DNA of 64,000 nucleotides, from assembly GCA_002269645.1 (NCBI GenBank), contig NIVC01001677.1:1-64000 (forward strand). Reading direction: 5' to 3'. Source of the DNA: Macrostomum lignano (lineage: Eukaryota). The notes under the pieces are model-generated. The model was not told the DNA's origin. It saw nothing but the letters and a program-made list of their open reading frames with translations, and did no database searches. Shown piece after piece: positions 12,053 through 42,484 of this stretch (its first letter is position 1; each line of letters begins with the position of its first letter). A program made the position numbers and the translations under genes.

Positions 12053-13231
12053 GCTTTCTATTTCCTAATATTTTATAACTTTTTATGCCTGCTAGTGTTA
12101 TTGAGACAATGTGCCTATTTACATTTTATTATTAACTAATTGGCTTATAAGTTTCAAATAAATAAGTTGCTTCTTTTACTTTACTTACTTGTCTTTTACT
12201 AGTATTTTAATAGTAGTAAAAAAGTAAACTTATTCCTTACCTTTTAGCTGTTAAATTACTAGTATAATATTTCTATAATATTAGCTAAAAAGATAAAACA
12301 GCAAAGACAATGCATTATATCGTCTGTCTTATTAAAAAGTGCAAAATTATTATTTTCTATGTTAACATTAACTAATTAATGCATATCAATGATTACTAAT
12401 ATTAAATAACTTTTAATCAATTTAATAAAATCAAGTATTTAATTGATATGATATATATTGGAGATTATATAGGATATGACAACAGTTTCTATAATAAATT
12501 TGGGTTGCTAATTAGAAGTTGGCATATATTTTTAGTCAAAATCTTAGTAAGTGTATTTCAGAATAAAAATTCTTGTCTTTTTAATTCCATGCTAATATAA
12601 AAGAAATAATTTTATACAAAAAATAAAGTTTTGTCTTAGGGCTTTTCTTTGTCTTTTATAAATATTGCATGGTTAAGATACCAAAGTTGTGCTAAGGATA
12701 TTCTTCTACTTCTTTGATAATTCCACTGCTGTCACTAATTTATCACTATATAGACTGTAGTATATTCTTTACAATTGACCTAACTTGTCTTATGGCATTA
12801 TACTTATCCTATTTAAAGATAGTAGCGTATCACTCAGATAAAATTTAAGAGATTGTATATATTTTTTCTTGAAACAGTTAGAGCTTATCAATTTCTAATG
12901 GAGAAGATCCTAGTGGAAATCTTTACCACTTTTGCCTGATAGTAATCTAAGTAGTATCTTTGGACTTTGATTCAAGTAGTTTTCCGGAGTCATGATTAGC
13001 AGTTTATGCTGCAAACATGATATAACTTGACCAAAAATTTTAACAGTGAAATCAACTAATTATACATGTCTAATTATAATGACTTTTCATCTATGTGATT
13101 ATTTCTTAACCCTCACAAACTTACAGGCAGTCCAAATAAAATTTCACAATTTCCTTACTGCACTAGCAAGGCATACGCAGACAAGCCGACTTTGATTCTC
13201 AACAGCTTCAAACAAACTGCAATTCAGCAAA

Positions 13232-14025
13232 ATGGGATCCACAACATCCCTGCCCACCCTTGGCCGGGGAAATCCGCACAGTAATTACACAGCCGCTAAG
13301 CGCAGTGCATCTTCTGCTGGAACCGACAAGCAGCATAGAAAGCAGCAATCTTCCTCCTCCAATGGCGCTAATTCTCTTGCCAGATCGAAAAGCTGTAGCA
13401 ATGCCAATTTTGGCAAGCAGCAAAAGCAACATTTGCTTCAACAGCAGCAGCAGCAGAATGGCGGCTTGGAATCCACAGTGGAGCCGGCAACCAATGGTAG
13501 CCAATGGCACAAGGTGTCCAATGGTAACTATGCCCCAGAGCCGGAGAAAACTCTTGCATCAACAACTTCTTTGCAGAAGCAAAAGCAACAGCAGAGATTG
13601 AAAAATCTTCAGCGACCGCCAGCAAACGGCGGCCTAGTTGGCCTGAACAACCTCGGCAATACCTGCTATATGAATAGCATTCTGCAGTGCCTGAGTCACA
13701 CCGAGCCTCTGTTGCGTCACTTCGTGCTGGAGCGACGCTTTCAACCAAGCGCCGGGCGAAACGGCAGCGGTCTGGCCAAGGCCTACGCCAATCTCATGCT
13801 GCGAATGTGGGCGGCGTCTGCCTCCCCAACTGGCGCTGACTGCACCAGCCCGACCGAGCTGAAGCAGTGCGTAGCGCAATACGCGCCGAGGTTCCGCGGC
13901 TACAGTCAGCAGGATGCGCAAGAGTTCCTGCGCTATTTACTAGAGGGACTTCACGAGGACCTGAATCTGGTCTCGGTCCGACCTAAGCTGCCGCCTGTTG
14001 ATTATGAGCATCTGGACTTGCTTTT
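13232..14025 (+). CDS. USP2: USP2-like exon 1 (Q/S-rich N-terminus plus Cys box)
   Basis: ATG at 13232; TT|GTGAGT donor. Confidence 0.85.
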
Positions 14026-16822
14026 GTGAGTGCTCTGGACTGAGGTCTTCCACCCGCTTTGTTCTCCAGTTGCTGGGCCAGCCTACCAGATCCTCAGTTG
14101 TTGGGCCAGCCTACCAGATCCTCAGTTGTTTGGCCAGCCTACCAGATCCTCAGTTGTTTGGCCAGCCTACCAGATCCTCAGTTGTTGGGCCAGCCTACCA
14201 GATCCTCAGTTGTTTGGCCAGCCTACCAGATCCTCAGTTGTTGGGCCAGCCTACCAGATCCTCAGTTGTTTGGCCAGCCTACCAGATCCTCAGTTTTTGG
14301 GCCAGCCTACCAGATCCTCAGTTGTTGGGCCAGCCTACCAGATCCTCAGTTGTTGGGCCAGCCTACCAGATCCTCAGTTGTTTGGCCAGCCTACCAGATC
14401 CTCAGTTGTTGGGCCAGCCTACCAGATCCTCAGTTGTTGGGCCAGCCTACCAGATCCTCAGTTTTTGGGCCAGCCTACCATATCCTCAGTTGTTGGGCCA
14501 GCCTACCAGATCCTCAGTTGTTGGGCCAGCCTACCAGATCCTCAGTTGTTGGGCCAGCCTACCAGATCCTCAGTTGTTTGGCCAGCCTACCAGATCCTCA
14601 GTTGTTGGGCCAGCCTACCAGATCCTCAATTGCTGGGCCAGCCTCCCAGAGTGTCGGTTGCTAAGCCAGCCTCCCAGATGCTCAGTTGCTGGGCCAGCCT
14701 CCCAGATCTTCAGTTGCTGGGCCAGCCTCCCAGACCCTCAGTTGCTGGGCCAGCCTCCCAGATCCTCAGTTGCTGGGCCAGCCTCCCAGATCCTCAGTTG
14801 CTGGGCCAGCCTCCCAGACCCTCAGTTGCTGGGCCAGCCTCCCAGATCCTCAGTTGTTGAGCCAGCCTACCAGATCCTCAGTTGCTGGGCCAGCCTACCA
14901 GATCCTCAGTTGTTTGGCCAGCCTACCAGATCCTCAGTTGCTGGGCCAGCCTCCCAGATTCCCATTTGCTGGGCCAGCCTCCCAGATCCTCAGTTGCTGG
15001 GCCAGCCTCCCAGAGTGTCAGTTGCTGGGCGAGCCTCCCAGATCCTCAGTTGCTGGGCCAGCCTCCCAGATCCTCAGTTGTTGAGCCAGCCTCCCAGATC
15101 CTCAGTTGCTGGGCCAGCCTCCCAGATCCTCAGTTTGAGCACTAAACTCGTTTGCAGGGACGATGACAAAGCGGACGAGCTGTGGCAGCGCTACCTGCAG
15201 CAGGAGAACAGCCCAGTTGTTGAAGCGTTCGTTGGCCAGCTGAAATCCACTCTGGAGTGCTGCCACTGCTCGCACAAATCCGTCACTTTTGATCCTTTTT
15301 GGGATTTGGCTCTGCCCATTCCAGGGGTAAGCTTTCAATTCTCTATAGATTTTTTTGCAAATTTGCGTCCATTGTTAGTAGTGTTATTGGAACGTGTCGA
15401 TCTTATTTTCCAATAATATTGTGCAGAAATCGCGCACAAGTCTGGACGCCTGTCTGAAGTTGTTCACCAATCAGGAGACTCTGGACGGAAACGAGCGGCC
15501 AACTTGCGACCGATGTCGATGTCGCAGGAAATGCGTCAAGCGTTTTCACCTGTATCGATTGCCCAGCGTTTTGGTGATTCATCTGATGCGCTTCTCTGGC
15601 GAACGGTTCAAAACGAAGTTAAATACTCTTGTTGAGTATCCTATGGAGCTGGACGTTAGCGAGTTTCTCGATAAAAGTGAGTTTTCGAGTATTAAATGCT
15701 TTTTAATAAGTGGTTTATGATTTTATGGGTTGGTGGGTGTTTTATGTGATGGTGGGTGTCTTATGGGGTGGTAAGGTTTTATGGGACGGTGGGTGATTTT
15801 ATGGGGTGGTGGGTGATTTTATGGGGTGGTGGGTGATTTTATGGGGTGGTGGGTGATTTTATGGGGTGGTGGGTGATTTGTGGGGTGGTGGGTGTTTTAT
15901 GAGGTGGTGGGTGATTTTATGGGGTGGTGGGTGTTTTATAGGGTGGTGGGTGTTTTATGAGGTGGTGGGTGATTTTATGGGGTGGTGGGTGTCTTATGGG
16001 GTGGTGGGTGTCTTATGGGGTGGTGGGTGTCTTATGGGGTGGTGGGTGTCTTAAGGGATGGTTTGTGTCCTAAGGGGTGGTTTGTGTTTTATGGGGTGGT
16101 GTGTGTTTTATTGGGTGGTGGGCGTTTTATGTGGTATTGGGTGTTTTATTGGGTGGTGGGCGTTTTATGTGGTATTGGGTGTTTTATTGGGTGGTGTGTG
16201 TTTTATGGGGTGTTGGTCGTCTTATGGGGTGGTGGGTGATTTTATGGGGTTGTGGGTGTCTTATGAAGTGGTGGGTGTTTTTTGGGGTGGTGGGTGTTTT
16301 ATGGGGTGGTGGGTGATTTTATGGGGTGGTGGGTGATTTGTGGGTAATGATGGGTGGGTGTAGGGGTACTACATTGTCAGAGTGGCTTATTGGTCAACCT
16401 GGCAGAGTACTGACCGATCCGGTAGTTAAAGAGTGCAGACTCCAAGGTACAATGTGTCTCTGAGGCATGAAAATACTGATTCCCCTCGCGCCCCGCCAGA
16501 ATGCCGGCTCCGCCAGACGCCGCAGTACCGGCTGTACGCAGTCAGCGAGCACGCTGGTACACCCTACGGCGGTCACTACACGGCTGTTGTACGACACGCC
16601 GGCACAGGCCGCTGGCTGCGGTACAACGACAACCGGGTCGAGGAGGCTTCAACGAGGTCCGTAGTCAGCACCGAAGGCTACGTGCTGTTCTACTCCAGAG
16701 TGGACAGCCAACCCGCCGAAGATGTCGGCGACGACGACAACGAGGGCGACGACCCCGTGTGTGAAAACGGCGAGGACGAAGAGAACACGGAGAAGCACGT
16801 GATGGCGAATGGCAATCATTAA
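13232..16822 (+). CDS. USP2: Ubiquitin carboxyl-terminal hydrolase, USP2/USP21 clade, 511 aa. Exons: 13232-14025, 15158-15326, 15427-15676, 16500-16822
   Basis: Cys box GLNNLGNTCYMNSILQCL; QQDAQEFLRYLLEGLHEDLN; FVGQLKSTLEC...FDPFWDLALPI; LDGNERPTCDRC; His box YAVSEHAGTPYGGHYTA...WLRYND; EGYVLFY. Intron phases 2,0,1 are consistent and the frame is intact. Confidence 0.88.
14067..15133. repeat. 28-bp minisatellite (gggccagcctaccagatcctcagttgtt)n, USP intron 1
   Basis: ~38 units; variant switch ctacc to ctccc near 14640. Confidence 0.95.
15158..15326 (+). CDS. USP2: USP2-like exon 2 (DDDKADELW...LALPIPG)
   Basis: tttgcag acceptor, GGG|GTAAGC donor. Confidence 0.85.
15427..15676 (+). CDS. USP2: USP2-like exon 3 (KSRTSLDAC...SEFLDK)
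   Basis: gtgcag acceptor, A|GTGAGT donor. Confidence 0.85.
15720..16340. repeat. 20-bp GT-rich minisatellite (ggggtggtgggtgattttat)n, USP intron 3
   Basis: Direct inspection. Confidence 0.9.
16500..16822 (+). CDS. USP2: USP2-like exon 4 (His/Asp boxes, acidic tail, TAA)
   Basis: tactgattcccctcgcgccccgccag acceptor in the required phase 1; stop at 16820-16822. Confidence 0.8.
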
Positions 16823-16899
16823 GATTTTTATGTATCCTGATGCAGATGCGAGATTAGGGACTTTGATACTGGTTAAGGTTTGTCATCAAAGTATTTGTC

Positions 16900-17670
16900 C
16901 GATCCCAAATCTACATAGAATGATCCCGGATCACAAATCTAGATAGATAAATCCCAGATCCCAAATCTAGATAGATAAATCCCAGATCCCAAATCTAGAT
17001 AGATAAATCCCAGACCCCAAATCTAGATAGATAAATCCCAGATTCCAAATCTATATAAAATGATCCCAGACCCCAAATCTAGATAGATAAATCCCAGATT
17101 CTAAATCCATATAGATAAATCCCAGATCCCAAATCTACATAGAATGATCCCGGATCACAAATCTAGATAGATAAATCCCAGATCCCAAATCTAGATAGAT
17201 AAATCCCAGACCCCAAATCTAGATAGATAAATCCCAGATCCCAAATCTAGATAGATAAATCCCAGATCCCAAATCTAGATAGATAAATCCCAGATCCCAA
17301 ATCTAGATAGATAAATCCCAGATCCCAAATCTACATAGAATGATCCCGGATCACAAATCTAGATAGATAAATCCCAGATCCCAAATCTAGATAGATAAAT
17401 CCCAGATCCCAAATCTAGATAGATAAATCCCAGACCCCAAATCTAGATAGATAAATCCCAGATCCCAAATCTAGATAGATAAATCCCAGACCCCAAATCT
17501 AGATAGATAAATCCCAGACCCCAAATCTAGATAGATAAATCCCAGATCCCAAATCTAGATAGATAAATCCCAGACCCCAAATCTAGATAGATAAATCCCA
17601 GATCCCAAATCTAGATAGATAAATCCCAGATCCCAAATCTACATAGATAAATCCCAGATCCCAAATCTAG
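16900..17670. repeat. 28-bp minisatellite (atcccagatcccaaatctagatagataa)n, just 3' of the USP stop
   Basis: ~27 units. Confidence 0.95.
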
Positions 17671-18254
17671 ACAATCCTTCACAAAGGCGTCTGTTGTAAG
17701 AGAGAGAATGTTGAATCCGCAAAAAATCCTCAGCTGCTTTTATATAATCGTCATCCCTGACCCAAATATAATGCTAGTCTTGCAAAGTCACTGCAGCTTT
17801 TTTGACTGTTAAAGATTGCGTCAAAATCTTCACACACGAATTTCTTGAAATTATCAAACGTCAATGTGTTTTTGTGCATGCTAAATTGAAGTCGATGCTT
17901 AAATTATCAGCTAATTTTTATTTCTGATGCTAAACAATTTCTTGAATTTTTACCTGGGCGCCCAAAGTGTGGCTTCGGTTTTTACTTGGGATATGTTTAC
18001 TGTTTCAAGCCTCGGTTGTAATTATTATGAGAGAGACGTATTAGCTATTTTATTATATAAATATAGACGTCATATTTTTTGTTTTACTCGTAAGACATAG
18101 ATAATTTATTCAAAATAATCGACATTTTGCGCCCAAGCTTTATCCAAGGCTTTTCAGCCTTCCTGCCCTTGCTTGTCATTTGTGTTGCGGCTGGCCAGCT
18201 GCTTGTTCGAGTTAGTACTTTTATTGTTTGCTCACTTGTCTCCGGCTCTGTCTT

Positions 18255-19087
<833 letters not shown>

Positions 19088-19939
19088 CCCACTCTAACTC
19101 TCCCACAGTTTCCTTTACCAGGCGCCTGAAAGGATAGACATACATATAGTAGTATACAAAGACCTACTACTTCAAATACCTATTTCTTGTGTCTTCATCC
19201 TACCAAATTATGTTTTCAGTTGTACCCAGTTACAAGAATTCAATATTGCTATTAGAATTGTATAGAACTAGACCATAAAATGTTTAATATAGGTTTTTTC
19301 AATGTATTTACTGCTCACTATGACTGTTAAGATGCTGTTTATGTGTGGATCCAATCATGTTCACGTTTGAACCGCACCATTCTTTTTCTACTTGCCCTTA
19401 ATATTTATTATATTCTGGTATATAATATTTCTTTTTTGTTTGTCTTTTGTTATAACTTTTCCCTGCTGACAATTAGGTACATTTCGAACTTTTATCCCTA
19501 ATAAAATGTCCCTAAAATGTGACGTGGTAACGCTTTCTCTCCGACTGATTTTGACAATATTTTCTGTCAAGTTATTTTTCTATATGATTTGCTGCTTACT
19601 ACTTAATTAATGCTATAAGTAGTATCGGAAAAAAATTAAAAATAGTCTGCCAGATTTGTTTATTTATGCTTATTTTTCAAAACACATTTTCCCTGACCCC
19701 ATTAGAATGATTTTCTTCACGTTAAATTGGAAATTAAAAAATATTTGATTAAAAATTTCCATTAAATAAAAACTATTAGAATAGGCGGTGTGGGCAAATA
19801 TTCTGAATGCCTTGAATTAAATATTATTGACTGCGTTAGCGCTTTTCTTCCTTTACTTTTTTAGTTCAAAATCATCTTAGATTCTGTTGTTTTTTTCAGT
19901 TATGGTCCAAAATAATATGTTCTGCCGTTGGCCGCCGCT

Positions 19940-20960
19940 AAATACCCTTCAGGTCATTCAGTTGGCTGCTAAATTCCCTTCAGGTCATTCAGTTGGCTGC
20001 TAAATTCCCTTCAGGTCATTCAGTTGGCTGCTAAATTCCCTTCAGGTCATTCAGTTGGCTGCTAAATTCCCTTCAGGTCATTCAGTTGGCTGCTAAATTC
20101 CCTTCAGGTCATTCAGTTGGCTGCTAAATTCCCTTCAGGACGTTCAGTTGGCTGCTAAATTCCCTTCAGGACGTTCAGTTGGCTGCTAAATTCCCTTCAG
20201 GTCCTTCACTTGTCTGCTAAATTCCTTTCAGGTCCTTCAGTTGGCTGCTAAATTCCCTTCAGGTCCTTCACTTGTCTGCTAAATTCCTTTCAGGTCCTTC
20301 AGTTGGCTGCTAAATTCCCTTCAGGTCCTTCATTTATCTGCTAAATTCCCTTCAGGTCCTTCAGTTGGCTGCTAAATTCCCTTCGGGTTCTTCAGTTGGC
20401 TGCTAAATTCCTTTCAGGTCCTTCAGTTGGCTGCTAAATTCCCTTCAGGTCCTTCAGTTGGCTGCTAAATTCCCTTCAGGTCCTTCAGTTGGCTGCTAAA
20501 TTCCCTTCGGGTTCTTCAGTTGGCTGCTAAATTCCTTTCAGGTCCTTCAGTTGGCTGCTAAATTCCTTTCAGGTCCTTCAGTTGGCTGCTAAATTCCTTT
20601 CAGGTCCTTCAGTTGGCTGCTAAATTCCCTTCAGGTCCTTCAGTTGTTGGCTGATAAATTCCCTTCAGGTCCTTCAGTTGTTGGCTGATAAATTCCCTTC
20701 AGGACATTCTGTTGACTGCTAAATTCCCTTCAGGTCCTTCAGTTGTTGGCTGATAAATTCCCTTCAGGACATTCTGTTGACTGCTAAATTCCCTTCAGGT
20801 CCTTCAGTTGTTGGCTGATAAATTCCCTTCAGGACATTCTGTTGACTGCTAAATTCCCTTCAGGTCCTTCAGTTGTTGGCTGATAAATTCCCTTCAGGAC
20901 ATTCTGTTGACTGCCATCTTCCATCAGTGGTTCGTCGCTAAAGTCCCTTCGGGTCCTTCA
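19940..20960. repeat. 31-bp minisatellite (aaattcccttcaggtccttcagttggctgct)n with a 65-bp higher-order end
   Basis: Direct inspection. Confidence 0.95.
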
Positions 20961-21820
20961 GTTGAACATTAATTTCCTCACCGTTTTTTTAATTCAAAGC
21001 AAGAAATGCAACTTAAACTCGTATATTTGTTTCCTCAAGCCGCTCACTTGCGTCTATTATCACAATTAGAAGCAGATTTACCACACGTTTATATTTTATA
21101 TTTTTTGGAAAAATATTGTTTCAACAGCAATGTACACAGAGGAGTCAAATTATGCTAATTTTAAAAAGTTGCTTAGATGGACGTCGCGAATTAATATAAA
21201 TGATTGCCGAATGTTTTCTATTGAACTAAATAGTGAACATTTTCAAATAGTATCAGACTAAATGCATGCGATGAAATCACAGCGATTGTGAATGCTTCCA
21301 TTTGCAAACAGCTGTGCGACCTTGAGGTAATACATATGAATGTAAGCAATCAAAATACTCGTACATCAGGAGGGTGCATTGAATATAGAATCTAGATTCA
21401 GATGGCTCAATGATGGTTGGAATGTTTATTTGCTTGTCTGATCTGAAAAAGGTTTCCAAGTGATATTGTACTACTCATGTCAGTATGCCGCGCGTGTGTG
21501 TTGAATGAGGTCAAAGTTTTTGTGGTATGTATGCATTTAGCTTTTCTCGTAAACTTTTACAAAATGGTAATTATTCGCAAGCAAAATTGCCCATAAACAG
21601 AGCTGCTATTACCGCACATCATAAGGAGGTGCGACGCATGTAACTGCATGTCTTTGTTGTGTCTTTGCTATTCGTTGGAACGTGTAAAACTTCACTTCTA
21701 CGCATGGCGCTTTTTCATTATTGTTTGTCAAGCATTCAATTGTTGTTATTCAAACCTTCCCAAATTAACTAGCGACACCCCTAACAGGTACCAATCCTGC
21801 CTAATAAGGGGAACTCCTTT

Positions 21821-22364
21821 CTAACAGGTGACACACCTGTCTAACAGGTGACACACCTGTCTAACAGGTGACACACCTGTCTAACAGGTGACACACCTGT
21901 CTAACAGGTGACACACCTGTCTAACAGATGACACACCTGTCTAACAGGTGACACACCTGTCTAACAGGTGACACACCTGTCTAACAGGTGACACACCTGT
22001 CTAACAGGTGACACACCTGTCTAACAGGTAACACACTTGTCTAACAGGTAACACACCTGTCTAACAGGTGACACACCTGTCTTACAGGTGATTCTCCTGT
22101 CTAACAGGTAACACACTTGTCTAACAGGTGACACACCTGTCTAACAGGTGACACACCTGTCTAACAGGTAACACACTTGTCTAACAGGTGACATACTTGT
22201 CTAACAGGTAACACACTTGTCTAACAGGTGACATACTTGTCTAACAGGTGACACACATGTCTAAAATGTGACACACCTGTCTAACCTGTGACACACCTGT
22301 CTAACCTGTGACACCTTTCTAACATTTGACACCTGTCTAACAGGTGGCACACCTGTCTAACAGG
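21821..22364. repeat. 20-bp palindromic minisatellite (ctaacaggtgacacacctgt)n
   Basis: ~27 units; each is ACAGGTG-aca-CACCTGT plus cta. Confidence 0.95.
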
Positions 22365-22446
22365 TTACATAATTTTGTGTACTCGAATTCGACATGTCGC
22401 CAAGCATTTCCAACTGCAACGCTACTTTTTATCTACTTTTATCAAG

Positions 22447-39015
<16,569 letters not shown>

Positions 39016-39396
39016 TTTTAGCTAGAATTAATTTAGCTATTAATAGTTTAACTATCTACCAGTAGTAGGTGAATAAATTTTAGCGAAATTTGTGCTCTGC
39101 TACCGGAGAGATTTGGCGGCAATAGTTCAGACAGAGATCCTCCTCTGTAGTTAGTTAGTTAGTTAGCCAGGGATGAAATTTTCTGAGGATCTGAGGATAT
39201 CGGTAAAGTCGCGCAGCGATTGGCTGGTGGTCGGGGGATGGACCCCCCTCTCCAATGCATTCAGTGCTTGCTGACTTGGTTGTATATGAGCAGGTGAAAG
39301 CTATAGATCTATACTAGTATGGCTACAGCTAGTCAGAGTTTCGTCACGGAATATTAAACCAAGCGTCTAGAATGGCAGATAGCAGTTCTCTTATAA

Positions 39397-40020
39397 GTGA
39401 CACACCTGACACCCAGAGTGACACACCTGACACCCAGAGTGACACACTTGACACCCAGAGTGACACACCTGACACCCAGAGTGACACTCCTGACACCCAG
39501 AGGGACACACCTGACACCCAGAGTGACCCCCTCTGACACCCAGAGTGACCCCCTCTGACACCCAGAGTGACACACCTGACACCCAGAGTGACACACCTGA
39601 CACCCAGAGTGACACACCTGACACCCAGAGTGACACATCTGACACCCAGAGTGACACTCCTGACACCCAGAGTGACACACCTGACACCCAGAGTGACTCA
39701 CCTAACACCCAGAGTGACACACCTGACACCCAGAGTGACCCACCTGACACCCAGAGTGACTGACCTAACACCCAGAGTGACACACCTGACACCCAGAGTG
39801 ACACACCTGACACCCAGAGTGACACACCTGACACCCAGAGTGACTCACCTGACACCCAGAGTGACACACCTGACACCCAGAGTGACCCCCTCTGACACCC
39901 AGAGTGACACTCCTGACACCCAGAGGGACACACCTGACACCCAGAGTGACTCACCTGACACCCAGAGTGACACACCTGACACCCATATTGACACTCCTGA
40001 CACCCAGCGTAACCCCTGAC
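39397..40020. repeat. 21-bp minisatellite (gtgacacacctgacacccaga)n, ~380 bp upstream of the Kv ATG
   Basis: ~29 units. Confidence 0.95.
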
Positions 40021-40654
40021 ACTCAAATGTAACTCCCTCACGATGCACAAGCCAGCAATCCATTTCTGGGTTTCCAATCCGAACTCTGGGTCCCTGGCAG
40101 TCCATGGTGAAGACACAGAGCGATCACCTATAAGCGATCCCGAAGCCCGGCCCGCAGGGAATCTAATTTTCAACCTACTTACGCTGGCAAAAGTTGTTTA
40201 ATTGCCCTGAGGGCGCGTCCACCATGGGCGAGTGACCCTGCCTCAGCCAGCCCCGGGGGCTGTCGCTGGGGGGGGGGGTCTTGAGCTAGACCAAGCTCAC
40301 CGACATTGGGGATGGAAGGCTATTGAACGATTTTTTAGTGCTAGCTTTTGAGCACTGCCACCCACAGCTCAGGGAATTTGGAGCATAAACATGGACTGAA
40401 CTGCCTGCATCTGAGTACTTTACTAGCGTCTCGCTTCACTGCTTGAGAAAACCTACCCCCCCCCCATTGCCGGACCTTCCAAGTTTCACTTTTCACACAG
40501 CCTGCCCGCATGAGCCACGTCCCCAAATTTCCAAATGAAATAAAATCTCCCTTTTTTCAGGCGGGCTAACACTTGAACTGTGCCTTGCATTTTCTCATTT
40601 TTGCAGTTCCAGTCATTTTTCTATTTTTATTCATTCGGCAATATTTGGTGGCTA

Positions 40655-41270
40655 CTTTTCTCCCTTCCCTCTACTTCTCTCTCCCCACTCTACTTCTTTC
40701 CCTTCACTCTACTTCTCTCTCTCCTCACTCTACTTCTCTCCCTTCACTCTACTTCTCTCTCCCCACTCTACTTCTCTCCCTTCACTCTACTTCTCTCCCT
40801 TCACTCTACTTCTCTCCCTTCCCTCTACTTCTCTCTTCCCACTCTACTTCTCTCCCTTCACTCTACTTCTCTCTCCCCACTCTACTTCTCTCCCTTCACT
40901 CTACTTCTCTCCCTTCACTCTACTTCTCTCCCTTCACTCTACTTCTCTCCCTTCCCTCTACTTCTCTCTTCCCACTCTACTTCTCTCCCTTCACTCTACT
41001 TTTCTCTCTTCACTCTACTTCTCTCCCTTCACTCTACTTCTCTCTCCCCACTCTACTTCTTTCCCTTCCCTCTACTTCTCTCTCTCCTCACTCTACTTCT
41101 CTCCCTTCACTCTACTTCTCTCTCCCCACTCTACTTCTCTCCCTTCACTCTACTTCTCTCCCTTCACTCTACTTCTCTCACTTCACTCTACTTCTCTCTC
41201 TTCACTCTACTTCTCTCACTTCACTCTACTCTCTCTTCACTCTACTTCTCTCTCCTCCCTCTACTTCTCT
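40655..41270. repeat. 19-21-bp pyrimidine-rich minisatellite (ctctacttctctcccttca)n
   Basis: Direct inspection. Confidence 0.9.
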
Positions 41271-42484
41271 CCTCGCCTCAAATCTCTGCCTTTCCTCTTC
41301 TCTTCTTTCGCCTTTGTTTTCCCTACATAATTTTCTATCTTATCCATTTTGCGTAGGCGGTTGTTATTTTGCTTGTAGTAGTGCGACTCGGATCTCGTGA
41401 TTTTAGCTTTGATATATTAATCCGATTTATTCATAGTAAACTTTTGAAAATCCCCAAACTGAGCTGCCATCGTGCACTAACAGCATTATTAATATTTATC
41501 TCTCCAGCTTTTCTGAAAAAAACCCGCTGCAATATCGTCTAAACTCCACGGGAAAGCGGTTCGGATTTTGGGGTGGAAATTTTCGAAAATATTCTTTTTT
41601 TATTTATCAGGCCAGCCCGGGGGCGCTAGTGTGTCTATTTTTATCTAACTGATGACGAACCTTTGCAGAAAGAAATTTCAAACTTCAGACTGATTAAAGT
41701 ATTGGTATTCCCACCTGATTTTCCGGGGCTGAAATGGCACAGAAATCTTCAATCCTCGTTCAGTAGTAGCATATTGGGCCATAGACAACAGGGTTATTTT
41801 CAGAACGGCTCGACCGAAATTTAGACCCTCGACCATAAACTATGGAAATGATTCCACAGACTAACAGTTATCCAGTGGGCCAAGCAACGAATCTTGCGTT
41901 TGATTCACATTGTATACCATGACCTTTTTGCCCTGCGGGTACTTAATCACAGAATTCGTCTTGGGGTGGCGGGTATTTGCTGGCAGGTATTGGGGTGGCA
42001 GGGTATTGAGGTTGGTGGGTATTTGTGTCTATGGTCATCTATGGTAGTCAGTGGCTGATCGGAGTAGCAGAAAATGGAATCAAAATTCAGGTTTTTATTA
42101 TTAATACTCACTCTTTTCTGCACTGTTCTTGTACATTAAACTAAGTCGGATCGAAGTCGGCAGTTTCAGCCATAGAATGCTGTCTTTATAAAACCGCAAG
42201 TATAATCTTATTGTTATTCCTGCAAAACGCTTGTGTTTAACAGCCAATTCTAGCAAGAGAACCAAAGAACAAAGCCTACTGCAAGTAGTTAGTTTGGAAT
42301 CTTTTATGAGTCTGTGAAAATAGAAAAAACGAAATAACGATCGAGCTAAGTTGAAAATTTCCTTTAGTTAATTTCCGTCAGTTAACAAGCGAAAACTATC
42401 TCCTTACTATTAGTACGATGATAGGCAAATTGACGTATACTTTTGGTTGAAAAGTAAATGAGCAAGTTTGTAAGCTGCAGGTAA

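Noticed and set aside
15586-15588. USP motif IHLMRF instead of LHLKRF
   Set aside because: LMRF occurs in active USPs such as USP7, and the catalytic Cys/His/Asp residues are intact.
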